This document shows, piece by piece, positions 38,748-51,140 of a DNA stretch of 64,000 bases (its first letter is position 1; each line of letters begins with the position of its first letter). A model generated the notes under the pieces. It had not been told where the DNA came from. It worked only from the letters and a program-made list of their open reading frames with translations, and did not search any database. The stretch is from Eledone cirrhosa (lineage: Eukaryota). The translations under genes were made by a program, and so were the position numbers. Location: the NCBI GenBank assembly GCA_964016885.1, contig OZ024744.1:107570001-107634000 (forward strand), given 5' to 3'.

Positions 38748-38949
38748 TTACAAAATGGAGAAGGTGTTTCCCCGGAGGATGGTGAGGGAGATGTGCTGGA
38801 AGAGCCATTCCATCTCGCGGGGCTCACACCTGCCGCTAGTCAGCTCAGCGCCTATGGTGGTATGTAGGGAGATGGCCCTAGGGTCAAGGACACCAGAAGT
38901 TTCCACTGCTAGGGGCTTGACTGTAAACCTGTCGGAGAGCGACCAATAG
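38748..38949 (-). mobile_element. 3' fragment of a CRE-like (restriction-like endonuclease) non-LTR retrotransposon
   Basis: YWSLSDRFTVKPLAVETSGVLDPRA..IGAELT..EPREMEWLFQHISLTILRGNTFSIL* matches the P.AVET.G..FQR.S....RGN pattern at the C-terminus of CRE-clade ORFs. Confidence 0.75.
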
Positions 38950-39029
38950 AGGGAGAGTTAGTACTGGTAGTAAAGGAGTGTACTATGGTTACATACGTTA
39001 GTGTGATTAATAGTTTATTAGTAGGGTGC

Positions 39030-42000
39030 GTTTGTTGGTGTGTGGTGGGTGGGTGTGTTGGTGGGTGTGTTGGTGTGTTGGTGGGTGTGTCGGTGTGATG
39101 GTGGGTGTGTTGGTGTGATGGTGGGTGTGTTAGTATGTTGGTGGGTGTGTTGGTGTGTTGGTGGGTGTGTCGGTGTGCTGGTGGGTGTGTTGGTGTGATG
39201 GTGGGTGTGTTAGTATGTTGGTGGGTGGGTGTGTTGGTGTGCTGGTGGGTGTGTTAGTATGTTGGTGGGTGGGTGTGTTGGTGTGTTGGTGGGTGTGTTG
39301 GTGTGTTGGTGGGTGTGTTGGTGTGTTGGTGGGTGTGTTAGTATGTTGGTGGGTGTGTTAGTATGTTGGTGGGTGGGTGTGTTGGTGTGCTGGTGGGTGT
39401 GTTAGTATGTTGGTGGGTGGGTGTGTTGGTGTGCTGGTGGGTGTGTTAGTATGTTGGTGGGTGGGTGTGTTGGTGTGTTGGTGGGTGTGTTGGTGTGTTG
39501 GTGGGTGTGTTGGTGTGATGGTGGGTGTGTTAGTATGTTGGTGGGTGGGTGTGTTGGTGTGCTGGTGGGTGTGTTAGTATGTTGGTGGGTGGGTGTGTTG
39601 GTGTGCTGGTGGGTGTGTTAGTATGTTGGTGGGTGGGTGTGTTGGTGTGTTGGTGGGTGTGTTGGTGTGTTGGTGGGTGTGTTGGTGTGATGGTGGGTGT
39701 GTTAGTATGTTGGTGGGTGGGTGTGTTGGTGTGCTGGTGGGTGTGTTAGTATGTTGGTGGGTGGGTGTGTTGGTGTGTTGGTGGGTGGGTGTGTTGGTGT
39801 GCTGGTGGGTGTGTTAGTATGTTGGTGGGTGGGTGTGTTGGTGTGCTGGTGGGTGTGTTAGTATGTTGGTGGGTGGGTGTGTTGGTGTGTTGGTGGGTGT
39901 GTTGGTGTGTTGGTGGGTGTGTTGGTGTGATGGTGGGTGTGTTAGTATGTTGGTGGGTGGGTGTGTTGGTGTGCTGGTGGGTGTGTTAGTATGTTGGTGG
40001 GTGGGTGTGTTGGTGTGTTGGTGGGTGGGTGTGTTGGTGTGCTGGTGGGTGTGTTAGTATGTTGGTGGGTGGGTGTGTTGGTGTGCTGGTGGGTGTGTTA
40101 GTATGTTGGTGGGTGGGTGTGTTGGTGTGTTGGTGGGTGTGTTGGTGTGTTGGTGGGTGTGTTGGTGTGATGGTGGGTGTGTTAGTATGTTGGTGGGTGT
40201 GTTAGTATGTTGGTGGGTGGGTGTGTTGGTGTGCTGGTGGGTGTGTTGGTGTGCTGGTGGGTGTGTTAGTATGTTGGTGGGTGTGTTGGTGTGTTGGTGG
40301 GTGTGTTAGTATGTTGGTGGGTGGGTGTGTTGGTGTGCTGGTGGGTGTGTTGGTGTGCTGGTGGGTGTGTCGGTGTGCTGGTGGGTGTGTTGGTGTGATG
40401 GTGGGTGTGTTAGTATGTTGGTGGGTGGGTGTGTTGGTGTGCTGGTGGGTGTGTCGGTGTGTTGGTGGATGTGTTGGTGTGATGGTGGGTGTGTTAGTAT
40501 GTTGGTGGGTGGGTGTGTTGGTGTGTTGGTGGGTGTGTTGGTGTGTTGGTGGGTGTGTTGGTGTGTTGGTGGGTGTGTTAGTATGTTGGTGGGTGTGTTA
40601 GTATGTTGGTGGGTGGGTGTGTTGGTGTGCTGGTGGGTGTGTTAGTATGTTGGTGGGTGGGTGTGTTGGTGTGTTGGTGGGTGTGTTGGTGTGTTGGTGG
40701 GTGTGTTGGTGTGATGGTGGGTGTGTTAGTATGTTGGTGGGTGGGTGTGTTGGTGTGCTGGTGGGTGTGTTAGTATGTTGGTGGGTGGGTGTGTTGGTGT
40801 GTTGGTGGGTGGGTGTGTTGGTGTGCTGGTGGGTGTGTTAGTATGTTGGTGGGTGGGTGTGTTGGTGTGCTGGTGGGTGTGTTAGTATGTTGGTGGGTGG
40901 GTGTGTTGGTGTGTTGGTGGGTGTGTTGGTGTGTTGGTGGGTGTGTTGGTGTGATGGTGGGTGTGTTAGTATGTTGGTGGGTGGGTGTGTTGGTGTGCTG
41001 GTGGGTGTGTTAGTATGTTGGTGGGTGGGTGTGTTGGTGTGTTGGTGGGTGGGTGTGTTGGTGTGCTGGTGGGTGTGTTAGTATGTTGGTGGGTGGGTGT
41101 GTTGGTGTGCTGGTGGGTGTGTTAGTATGTTGGTGGGTGGGTGTGTTGGTGTGTTGGTGGGTGTGTTGGTGTGTTGGTGGGTGTGTTGGTGTGATGGTGG
41201 GTGTGTTAGTATGTTGGTGGGTGTGTTAGTATGTTGGTGGGTGGGTGTGTTGGTGTGCTGGTGGGTGTGTTGGTGTGCTGGTGGGTGTGTTAGTATGTTG
41301 GTGGGTGTGTTGGTGTGTTGGTGGGTGTGTTAGTATGTTGGTGGGTGGGTGTGTTGGTGTGCTGGTGGGTGTGTTGGTGTGCTGGTGGGTGTGTCGGTGT
41401 GTTGGTGGGTGTGTTAGTATGTTGGTGGGTGTGTTAGTATGTTGGTGGGTGGGTGTGTTGGTGTGCTGGTGGGTGTGTTGGTGTGCTGGTGGGTGTGTCG
41501 GTGTGTTGGTGGGTGTGTTAGTATGTTGGTGGGTGGGTGTGTTGGTGTGTTGGTGGGTGTGTTGGTGTGCTGGTGGGTGTGTTAGTATGTTGGTGGGTGG
41601 GTGTGTTGGTGTGTTGGTGGGTGTGTTGGTGTGTTGGTGGGTGTGTTAGTATGTTGGTGGGTGTGTTAGTATGTTGGTGGGTGGGTGTGTTGGTGTGCTG
41701 GTGGGTGTGTCGGTGTGTTGGTGGGTGTGTTAGTATGTTGGTGGGTGGGTGTGTTGGTGTGCTGGTGGGTGTGTCGGTGTGTTGGTGGGTGTGTTAGTAT
41801 GTTGGTGGGTGGGTGTGTTGGTGTGTTGGTGGGTGTGTTGGTGTGCTGGTGGGTGTGTCGGTGTGTTGGTGGGTGTGTTAGTATGTTGGTGGGTGGGTGT
41901 GTTGGTGTGCTGGTGGGTGTGTCGGTGTGTTGGTGGGTGTGTTAGTATGTTGGTGGGTGTGTTAGTATGTTGGTGGGTGGGTGTGTTGGTGTGCTGGTGG

Positions 42001-45000
42001 GTGTGTTGGTGTGCTGGTGGGTGTGTCGGTGTGTTGGTGGGTGTGTTAGTATGTTGGTGGGTGGGTGTGTTGGTGTGTTGGTGGGTGTGTTGGTGTGCTG
42101 GTGGGTGTGTTGGTGTGATGGTGGGTGTGTTAGTATGTTGGTGGGTGGGTGTGTTGGTGTGCTGGTGGGTGTGTTGGTGTGTTGGTGGGTGTGTTAGTAT
42201 GTTGGTGGGTGTGTTAGTATGTTGGTGGGTGGGTGTGTTGGTGTGCTGGTGGGTGTGTCGGTGTGTTGGTGGGTGTGTTAGTATGTTGGTGGGTGTGTTA
42301 GTATGTTGGTGGGTGGGTGTGTTGGTGTGCTGGTGGGTGTGTCGGTGTGTTGGTGGGTGTGTTAGTATGTTGGTGGGTGTGTTAGTATGTTGGTGGGTGG
42401 GTGTGTTGGTGTACTGGTGGGTGTGTCGGTGTGTTGGTGGGTGTGTTAGTATGTTGGTGGGTGTGTTAGTATGTTGGTGGGTGTGTTAGTATGTTGGTGG
42501 GTGTGTTAGTATGTTGGTGGGTGGGTGTGTTGGTGTGCTGGTGGGTGTGTCGGTGTGTTGGTGGGTGGGTGTGTTGGTGTGCTGGTGGGTGTGTCGGTGT
42601 GTTGGTGGATGTGTTGGTGTGATGGTGGGTGTGTTAGTATGTTGGTGGGTGGGTGTGTTGGTGTGCTGGTGGGTGTGTCGGTGTGTTGGTGGGTGTGTTA
42701 GTATGTTGGTGGGTGTGTTAGTATGTTGGTGGGTGGGTGTGTTGGTGTGCTGGTGGGTGTGTTGGTGTGATGGTGGGTGTGTTAGTATGTTGGTGGGTGG
42801 GTGTGTTGGTGTGCTGGTGGGTGTGTCGGTGTGTTGGTGGATGTGTTGGTGTGATGGTGGGTGTGTTAGTATGTTGGTGGGTGGGTGTGTTGGTGTGCTG
42901 GTGGGTGTGTCGGTGTGTTGGTGGGTGTGTTAGTATGTTGGTGGGTGTGTTAGTATGTTGGTGGGTGGGTGTGTTGGTGTGCTGGTGGGTGTGTCGGTGT
43001 GTTGGTGGGTGTGTTAGTATGTTGGTGGGTGTGTTAGTATGTTGGTGGGTGGGTGTGTTGGTGTGCTGGTGGGTGTGTCGGTGTGTTGGTGGGTGTGTTA
43101 GTATGTTGGTGGGTGTGTTAGTATGTTGGTGGGTGGGTGTGTTGGTGTGTTGGTGGGTGTGTTGGTGTGTTGGTGGGTGTGTTAGTATGTTGGTGGGTGT
43201 GTTAGTATGTTGGTGGGTGGGTGTGTTGGTGTGCTGGTGGGTGTGTTAGTATGTTGGTGGGTGGGTGTGTTGGTGTGTTGGTGGGTGTGTTGGTGTGTTG
43301 GTGGGTGTGTTGGTGTGATGGTGGGTGTGTTAGTATGTTGGTGGGTGGGTGTGTTGGTGTGCTGGTGGGTGTGTTGGTGTGCTGGTGGGTGTGTCGGTGT
43401 GTTGGTGGGTGTGTTAGTATGTTGGTGGGTGTGTTAGTATGTTGGTGGGTGGGTGTGTTGGTGTGTTGGTGGGTGTGTTGGTGTGCTGGTGGGTGTGTTG
43501 GTGTGATGGTGGGTGTGTTAGTATGTTGGTGGGTGGGTGTGTTGGTGTGTTGGTGGGTGTGTTGGTGTGTTGGTGGGTGTGTTAGTATGTTGGTGGGTGT
43601 GTTAGTATGTTGGTGGGTGGGTGTGTTGGTGTGCTGGTGGGTGTGTCGGTGTGTTGGTGGGTGTGTTAGTATGTTGGTGGGTGGGTGTGTTGGTGTGCTG
43701 GTGGGTGTGTCGGTGTGTTGGTGGGTGTGTTAGTATGTTGGTGGGTGTGTTAGTATGTTGGTGGGTGGGTGTGTTGGTGTGCTGGTGGGTGTGTTGGTGT
43801 GCTGGTGGGTGTGTCGGTGTGTTGGTGGGTGTGTTAGTATGTTGGTGGGTGGGTGTGTTGGTGTGTTGGTGGGTGTGTTGGTGTGCTGGTGGGTGTGTCG
43901 GTGTGTTGGTGGGTGTGTTAGTATGTTGGTGGGTGGGTGTGTTGGTGTGTTGGTGGGTGGGTGTGTTGGTGTGCTGGTGGGTGTGTTAGTATGTTGGTGG
44001 GTGGGTGTGTTGGTGTGCTGGTGGGTGTGTTAGTATGTTGGTGGGTGGGTGTGTTGGTGTGTTGGTGGGTGTGTTGGTGTGTTGGTGGGTGTGTTGGTGT
44101 GATGGTGGGTGTGTTAGTATGTTGGTGGGTGTGTTAGTATGTTGGTGGGTGGGTGTGTTGGTGTGCTGGTGGGTGTGTTGGTGTGCTGGTGGGTGTGTTA
44201 GTATGTTGGTGGGTGTGTTAGTATGTTGGTGGGTGTGTTAGTATGTTGGTGGGTGTGTTAGTATGTTGGTGGGTGTGTTAGTATGTTGGTGGGTGGGTGT
44301 GTCGGTGTGCTGGTGGGTGTGTTGGTGTGATGGTGGGTGTGTTAGTATGTTGGTGGGTGGGTGTGTTGGTGTGCTGGTGGGTGTGTCGGTGTGTTGGTGG
44401 ATGTGTTGGTGTGATGGTGGGTGTGTTAGTATGTTGGTGGGTGGGTGTGTTGGTGTGTTGGTGGGTGTGTTGGTGTGTTGGTGGGTGTGTTGGTGTGTTG
44501 GTGGGTGTGTTAGTATGTTGGTGGGTGTGTTAGTATGTTGGTGGGTGGGTGTGTTGGTGTGCTGGTGGGTGTGTTAGTATGTTGGTGGGTGGGTGTGTTG
44601 GTGTGTTGGTGGGTGTGTTGGTGTGTTGGTGGGTGTGTTGGTGTGATGGTGGGTGTGTTAGTATGTTGGTGGGTGGGTGTGTTGGTGTGCTGGTGGGTGT
44701 GTTAGTATGTTGGTGGGTGGGTGTGTTGGTGTGTTGGTGGGTGGGTGTGTTGGTGTGCTGGTGGGTGTGTTAGTATGTTGGTGGGTGGGTGTGTTGGTGT
44801 GCTGGTGGGTGTGTTAGTATGTTGGTGGGTGGGTGTGTTGGTGTGTTGGTGGGTGTGTTGGTGTGTTGGTGGGTGTGTTGGTGTGATGGTGGGTGTGTTA
44901 GTATGTTGGTGGGTGGGTGTGTTGGTGTGCTGGTGGGTGTGTTAGTATGTTGGTGGGTGGGTGTGTTGGTGTGTTGGTGGGTGGGTGTGTTGGTGTGCTG

Positions 45001-48000
45001 GTGGGTGTGTTAGTATGTTGGTGGGTGGGTGTGTTGGTGTGCTGGTGGGTGTGTTAGTATGTTGGTGGGTGGGTGTGTTGGTGTGTTGGTGGGTGTGTTG
45101 GTGTGTTGGTGGGTGTGTTGGTGTGATGGTGGGTGTGTTAGTATGTTGGTGGGTGTGTTAGTATGTTGGTGGGTGGGTGTGTTGGTGTGCTGGTGGGTGT
45201 GTTGGTGTGCTGGTGGGTGTGTTAGTATGTTGGTGGGTGTGTTGGTGTGTTGGTGGGTGTGTTAGTATGTTGGTGGGTGGGTGTGTTGGTGTGCTGGTGG
45301 GTGTGTTGGTGTGCTGGTGGGTGTGTCGGTGTGTTGGTGGGTGTGTTAGTATGTTGGTGGGTGGGTGTGTTGGTGTGTTGGTGGGTGTGTTGGTGTGCTG
45401 GTGGGTGTGTTAGTATGTTGGTGGGTGGGTGTGTTGGTGTGTTGGTGGGTGTGTTGGTGTGTTGGTGGGTGTGTTAGTATGTTGGTGGGTGTGTTAGTAT
45501 GTTGGTGGGTGGGTGTGTTGGTGTGCTGGTGGGTGTGTCGGTGTGTTGGTGGGTGTGTTAGTATGTTGGTGGGTGGGTGTGTTGGTGTGCTGGTGGGTGT
45601 GTCGGTGTGTTGGTGGGTGTGTTAGTATGTTGGTGGGTGGGTGTGTTGGTGTGTTGGTGGGTGTGTTGGTGTGCTGGTGGGTGTGTCGGTGTGTTGGTGG
45701 GTGTATTAGTATGTTGGTGGGTGGGTGTGTTGGTGTGCTGGTGGGTGTGTCGGTGTGTTGGTGGGTGTGTTAGTATGTTGGTGGGTGTGTTAGTATGTTG
45801 GTGGGTGGGTGTGTTGGTGTGCTGGTGGGTGTGTTGGTGTGCTGGTGGGTGTGTCGGTGTGTTGGTGGGTGTGTTAGTATGTTGGTGGGTGGGTGTGTTG
45901 GTGTGTTGGTGGGTGTGTTGGTGTGCTGGTGGGTGTGTTGGTGTGATGGTGGGTGTGTTAGTATGTTGGTGGGTGGGTGTGTTGGTGTGCTGGTGGGTGT
46001 GTTGGTGTGTTGGTGGGTGTGTTAGTATGTTGGTGGGTGTGTTAGTATGTTGGTGGGTGGGTGTGTTGGTGTGCTGGTGGGTGTGTCGGTGTGTTGGTGG
46101 GTGTGTTAGTATGTTGGTGGGTGTGTTAGTATGTTGGTGGGTGGGTGTGTTGGTGTGCTGGTGGGTGTGTCGGTGTGTTGGTGGGTGTGTTAGTATGTTG
46201 GTGGGTGTGTTAGTATGTTGGTGGGTGGGTGTGTTGGTGTACTGGTGGGTGTGTCGGTGTGTTGGTGGGTGTGTTAGTATGTTGGTGGGTGTGTTAGTAT
46301 GTTGGTGGGTGTGTTAGTATGTTGGTGGGTGTGTTAGTATGTTGGTGGGTGTGTTAGTATGTTGGTGGGTGGGTGTGTTGGTGTGCTGGTGGGTGTGTCG
46401 GTGTGTTGGTGGGTGGGTGTGTTGGTGTGCTGGTGGGTGTGTCGGTGTGTTGGTGGATGTGTTGGTGTGATGGTGGGTGTGTTAGTATGTTGGTGGGTGG
46501 GTGTGTTGGTGTGCTGGTGGGTGTGTCGGTGTGTTGGTGGGTGTGTTAGTATGTTGGTGGGTGTGTTAGTATGTTGGTGGGTGGGTGTGTTGGTGTGCTG
46601 GTGGGTGTGTTGGTGTGATGGTGGGTGTGTTAGTATGTTGGTGGGTGGGTGTGTTGGTGTGCTGGTGGGTGTGTCGGTGTGTTGGTGGATGTGTTGGTGT
46701 GATGGTGGGTGTGTTAGTATGTTGGTGGGTGGGTGTGTTGGTGTGCTGGTGGGTGTGTCGGTGTGTTGGTGGGTGTGTTAGTATGTTGGTGGGTGTGTTA
46801 GTATGTTGGTGGGTGGGTGTGTTGGTGTGCTGGTGGGTGTGTCGGTGTGTTGGTGGGTGTGTTAGTATGTTGGTGGGTGTGTTAGTATGTTGGTGGGTGG
46901 GTGTGTTGGTGTGCTGGTGGGTGTGTCGGTGTGTTGGTGGGTGTGTTAGTATGTTGGTGGGTGTGTTAGTATGTTGGTGGGTGGGTGTGTTGGTGTGTTG
47001 GTGGGTGTGTTGGTGTGTTGGTGGGTGTGTTAGTATGTTGGTGGGTGTGTTAGTATGTTGGTGGGTGGGTGTGTTGGTGTGCTGGTGGGTGTGTTAGTAT
47101 GTTGGTGGGTGGGTGTGTTGGTGTGTTGGTGGGTGTGTTGGTGTGTTGGTGGGTGTGTTGGTGTGATGGTGGGTGTGTTAGTATGTTGGTGGGTGGGTGT
47201 GTTGGTGTGCTGGTGGGTGTGTTGGTGTGCTGGTGGGTGTGTCGGTGTGTTGGTGGGTGTGTTAGTATGTTGGTGGGTGTGTTAGTATGTTGGTGGGTGG
47301 GTGTGTTGGTGTGTTGGTGGGTGTGTTGGTGTGCTGGTGGGTGTGTTGGTGTGATGGTGGGTGTGTTAGTATGTTGGTGGGTGGGTGTGTTGGTGTGTTG
47401 GTGGGTGTGTTGGTGTGTTGGTGGGTGTGTTAGTATGTTGGTGGGTGTGTTAGTATGTTGGTGGGTGGGTGTGTTGGTGTGCTGGTGGGTGTGTCGGTGT
47501 GTTGGTGGGTGTGTTAGTATGTTGGTGGGTGGGTGTGTTGGTGTGCTGGTGGGTGTGTCGGTGTGTTGGTGGGTGTGTTAGTATGTTGGTGGGTGTGTTA
47601 GTATGTTGGTGGGTGGGTGTGTTGGTGTGCTGGTGGGTGTGTTGGTGTGCTGGTGGGTGTGTCGGTGTGTTGGTGGGTGTGTTAGTATGTTGGTGGGTGG
47701 GTGTGTTGGTGTGTTGGTGGGTGTGTTGGTGTGCTGGTGGGTGTGTCGGTGTGTTGGTGGGTGTGTTAGTATGTTGGTGGGTGGGTGTGTTGGTGTGCTG
47801 GTGGGTGTGTCGGTGTGTTGGTGGGTGTGTTAGTATGTTGGTGGGTGTGTTAGTATGTTGGTGGGTGGGTGTGTTGGTGTGCTGGTGGGTGTGTTGGTGT
47901 GCTGGTGGGTGTGTCGGTGTGTTGGTGGGTGTGTTAGTATGTTGGTGGGTGGGTGTGTTGGTGTGCTGGTGGGTGTGTCGGTGTGTTGGTGGGTGTGTTA

Positions 48001-50830
48001 GTATGTTGGTGGGTGTGTTAGTATGTTGGTGGGTGGGTGTGTTGGTGTGCTGGTGGGTGTGTTGGTGTGCTGGTGGGTGTGTCGGTGTGTTGGTGGGTGT
48101 GTTAGTATGTTGGTGGGTGTGTTAGTATGTTGGTGGGTGGGTGTGTTGGTGTGTTGGTGGGTGTGTTGGTGTGCTGGTGGGTGTGTTGGTGTGATGGTGG
48201 GTGTGTTAGTATGTTGGTGGGTGGGTGTGTTGGTGTGTTGGTGGGTGTGTTGGTGTGTTGGTGGGTGTGTTAGTATGTTGGTGGGTGTGTTAGTATGTTG
48301 GTGGGTGGGTGTGTTGGTGTGCTGGTGGGTGTGTCGGTGTGTTGGTGGGTGTGTTAGTATGTTGGTGGGTGTGTTAGTATGTTGGTGGGTGGGTGTGTTG
48401 GTGTGCTGGTGGGTGTGTCGGTGTGTTGGTGGGTGTGTTAGTATGTTGGTGGGTGTGTTAGTATGTTGGTGGGTGGGTGTGTTGGTGTACTGGTGGGTGT
48501 GTCGGTGTGTTGGTGGGTGTGTTAGTATGTTGGTGGGTGTGTTAGTATGTTGGTGGGTGTGTTAGTATGTTGGTGGGTGTGTTAGTATGTTGGTGGGTGG
48601 GTGTGTTGGTGTGCTGGTGGGTGTGTCGGTGTGTTGGTGGGTGGGTGTGTTGGTGTGCTGGTGGGTGTGTCGGTGTGTTGGTGGATGTGTTGGTGTGATG
48701 GTGGGTGTGTTAGTATGTTGGTGGGTGGGTGTGTTGGTGTGCTGGTGGGTGTGTCGGTGTGTTGGTGGGTGTGTTAGTATGTTGGTGGGTGTGTTAGTAT
48801 GTTGGTGGGTGGGTGTGTTGGTGTGCTGGTGGGTGTGTTGGTGTGATGGTGGGTGTGTTAGTATGTTGGTGGGTGGGTGTGTTGGTGTGCTGGTGGGTGT
48901 GTCGGTGTGTTGGTGGATGTGTTGGTGTGATGGTGGGTGTGTTAGTATGTTGGTGGGTGGGTGTGTTGGTGTGCTGGTGGGTGTGTCGGTGTGTTGGTGG
49001 GTGTGTTAGTATGTTGGTGGGTGTGTTAGTATGTTGGTGGGTGGGTGTGTTGGTGTGCTGGTGGGTGTGTCGGTGTGTTGGTGGGTGTGTTAGTATGTTG
49101 GTGGGTGTGTTAGTATGTTGGTGGGTGGGTGTGTTGGTGTGCTGGTGGGTGTGTCGGTGTGTTGGTGGGTGTGTTAGTATGTTGGTGGGTGTGTTAGTAT
49201 GTTGGTGGGTGGGTGTGTTGGTGTGCTGGTGGGTGTGTCGGTGTGTTGGTGGGTGTGTTAGTATGTTGGTGGGTGTGTTAGTATGTTGGTGGGTGGGTGT
49301 GTTGGTGTGCTGGTGGGTGTGTCGGTGTGTTGGTGGGTGTGTTAGTATGTTGGTGGGTGTGTCGGTGTGTTGGTGGGTGTGTTAGTATGTTGGTGGGTGT
49401 GTTAGTATGTTGGTGGGTGGGTGTGTTGGTGTGCTGGTGGGTGTGTCGGTGTGTTGGTGGGTGTGTTAGTATGTTGGTGGGTGTGTTAGTATGTTGGTGG
49501 GTGGGTGTGTTGGTGTACTGGTGGGTGTGTTAGTATGTTGGTGGGTGTGTTAGTATGTTGGTGGGTGTGTTAGTATGTTGGTGGGTGTGTTAGTATGTTG
49601 GTGGGTGGGTGTGTTGGTGTGCTGGTGGGTGTGTCGGTGTGTTGGTGGGTGTGTTAGTATGTTGGTGGGTGTGTTAGTATGTTGGTGGGTGGGTGTGTTG
49701 GTGTGCTGGTGGGTGTGTCGGTGTGTTGGTGGGTGTGTTAGTATGTTGGTGGGTGTGTTAGTATGTTGGTGGGTGGGTGTGTTGGTGTGCTGGTGGGTGT
49801 GTCGGTGTGTTGGTGGGTGTGTTAGTATGTTGGTGGGTGTGTCGGTGTGTTGGTGGGTGTGTTAGTATGTTGGTGGGTGTGTTAGTATGTTGGTGGGTGG
49901 GTGTGTTGGTGTGCTGGTGGGTGTGTCGGTGTGTTGGTGGGTGTGTTAGTATGTTGGTGGGTGTGTCGGTGTGTTGGTGGGTGTGTTAGTATGTTGGTGG
50001 GTGTGTTAGTATGTTGGTGGGTGGGTGTGTTGGTGTGCTGGTGGGTGTGTCGGTGTGTTGGTGGGTGTGTTAGTATGTTGGTGGGTGTGTTAGTATGTTG
50101 GTGGGTGGGTGTGTTGGTGTGCTGGTGGGTGTGTCGGTGTGTTGGTGGGTGTGTTAGTATGTTGGTGGGTGTGTTAGTATGTTGGTGGGTGGGTGTGTTG
50201 GTGTACTGGTGGGTGTGTCGGTGTGTTGGTGGGTGTGTTAGTATGTTGGTGGGTGTGTTAGTATGTTGGTGGGTGTGTTAGTATGTTGGTGGGTGTGTTA
50301 GTATGTTGGTGGGTGTGTTAGTATGTTGGTGGGTGGGTGTGTTGGTGTGCTGGTGGGTGTGTCGGTGTGTTGGTGGGTGTGTTAGTATGTTGGTGGGTGT
50401 GTTAGTATGTTGGTGGGTGGGTGTGTTGGTGTGCTGGTGGGTGTGTCGGTGTGTTGGTGGGTGTGTTAGTATGTTGGTGGGTGTGTTAGTATGTTGGTGG
50501 GTGGGTGTGTTGGTGTGCTGGTGGGTGTGTCGGTGTGTTGGTGGGTGTGTTAGTATGTTGGTGGGTGTGTTAGTATGTTGGTGGGTGGGTGTGTTGGTGT
50601 GCTGGTGGGTGTGTCGGTGTGTTGGTGGGTGTGTTAGTATGTTGGTGGGTGTGTTAGTATGTTGGTGGGTGTGTTAGTATGTTGGTGGGTGTGTTAGTAT
50701 GTTGGTGGGTGTGTCGGTGTGTTGGTGGGTGTGTTGGTGTGTTGTTGGGTGTATTGGTGGGTGTGTTGGTGGGTGTATTGGTGGGTGTGTTGGTGTGTTG
50801 GTGGGTGTGTTGGTGGGTGTGTCGGTGTAT
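39030..50830. repeat. G/T-rich 20/24-bp minisatellite array (GTGTGTT(GGTGTGY/AGTATGT)TGGTGG[GTGG])
   Basis: About 11.8 kb built from a handful of unit variants. The + strand is almost only G and T. Confidence 0.97.
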
Positions 50831-51140
50831 GTGTGATGGTGTGAGAGTGGCCTGTTAGTATAACTGATTAGTAACCTAATTAAACGTGTATCTTGGTAGT
50901 GTTGGTGTAACTAATTAATAAGTTGTGTGGGTGTGTGTTTCTTTGTATCTTTGTGTGTAAGTGGGTGCCTTGGTGTCAGTGTGGGTGGCAGGTAGGTGCT
51001 GGGAAAGAAGGAGGGGTGGGGCTTTTAGGATATGTCTACAAAATGTTTGGGTAGAAAAAATAAAGTGCTGTACTCTTAACAGGCATGAATTGGGGGTGGG
51101 GGGTGGGGGGAAGTAATGATGTCGAAATCAATGAGGGGGT

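Noticed and set aside
38607-38928. Host exon on the minus strand (ACTAAC branch-like site, CAG acceptor, GTAAGG donor)
   Set aside because: The open frame matches a CRE-like endonuclease C-terminus, and the similarity continues upstream across the supposed acceptor.
39155-50677. Val/Gly/Cys/Trp-rich ORFs; telomeric repeat
   Set aside because: Low-complexity translation of a G/T minisatellite. No TTAGGG or other fixed short telomeric unit is present.
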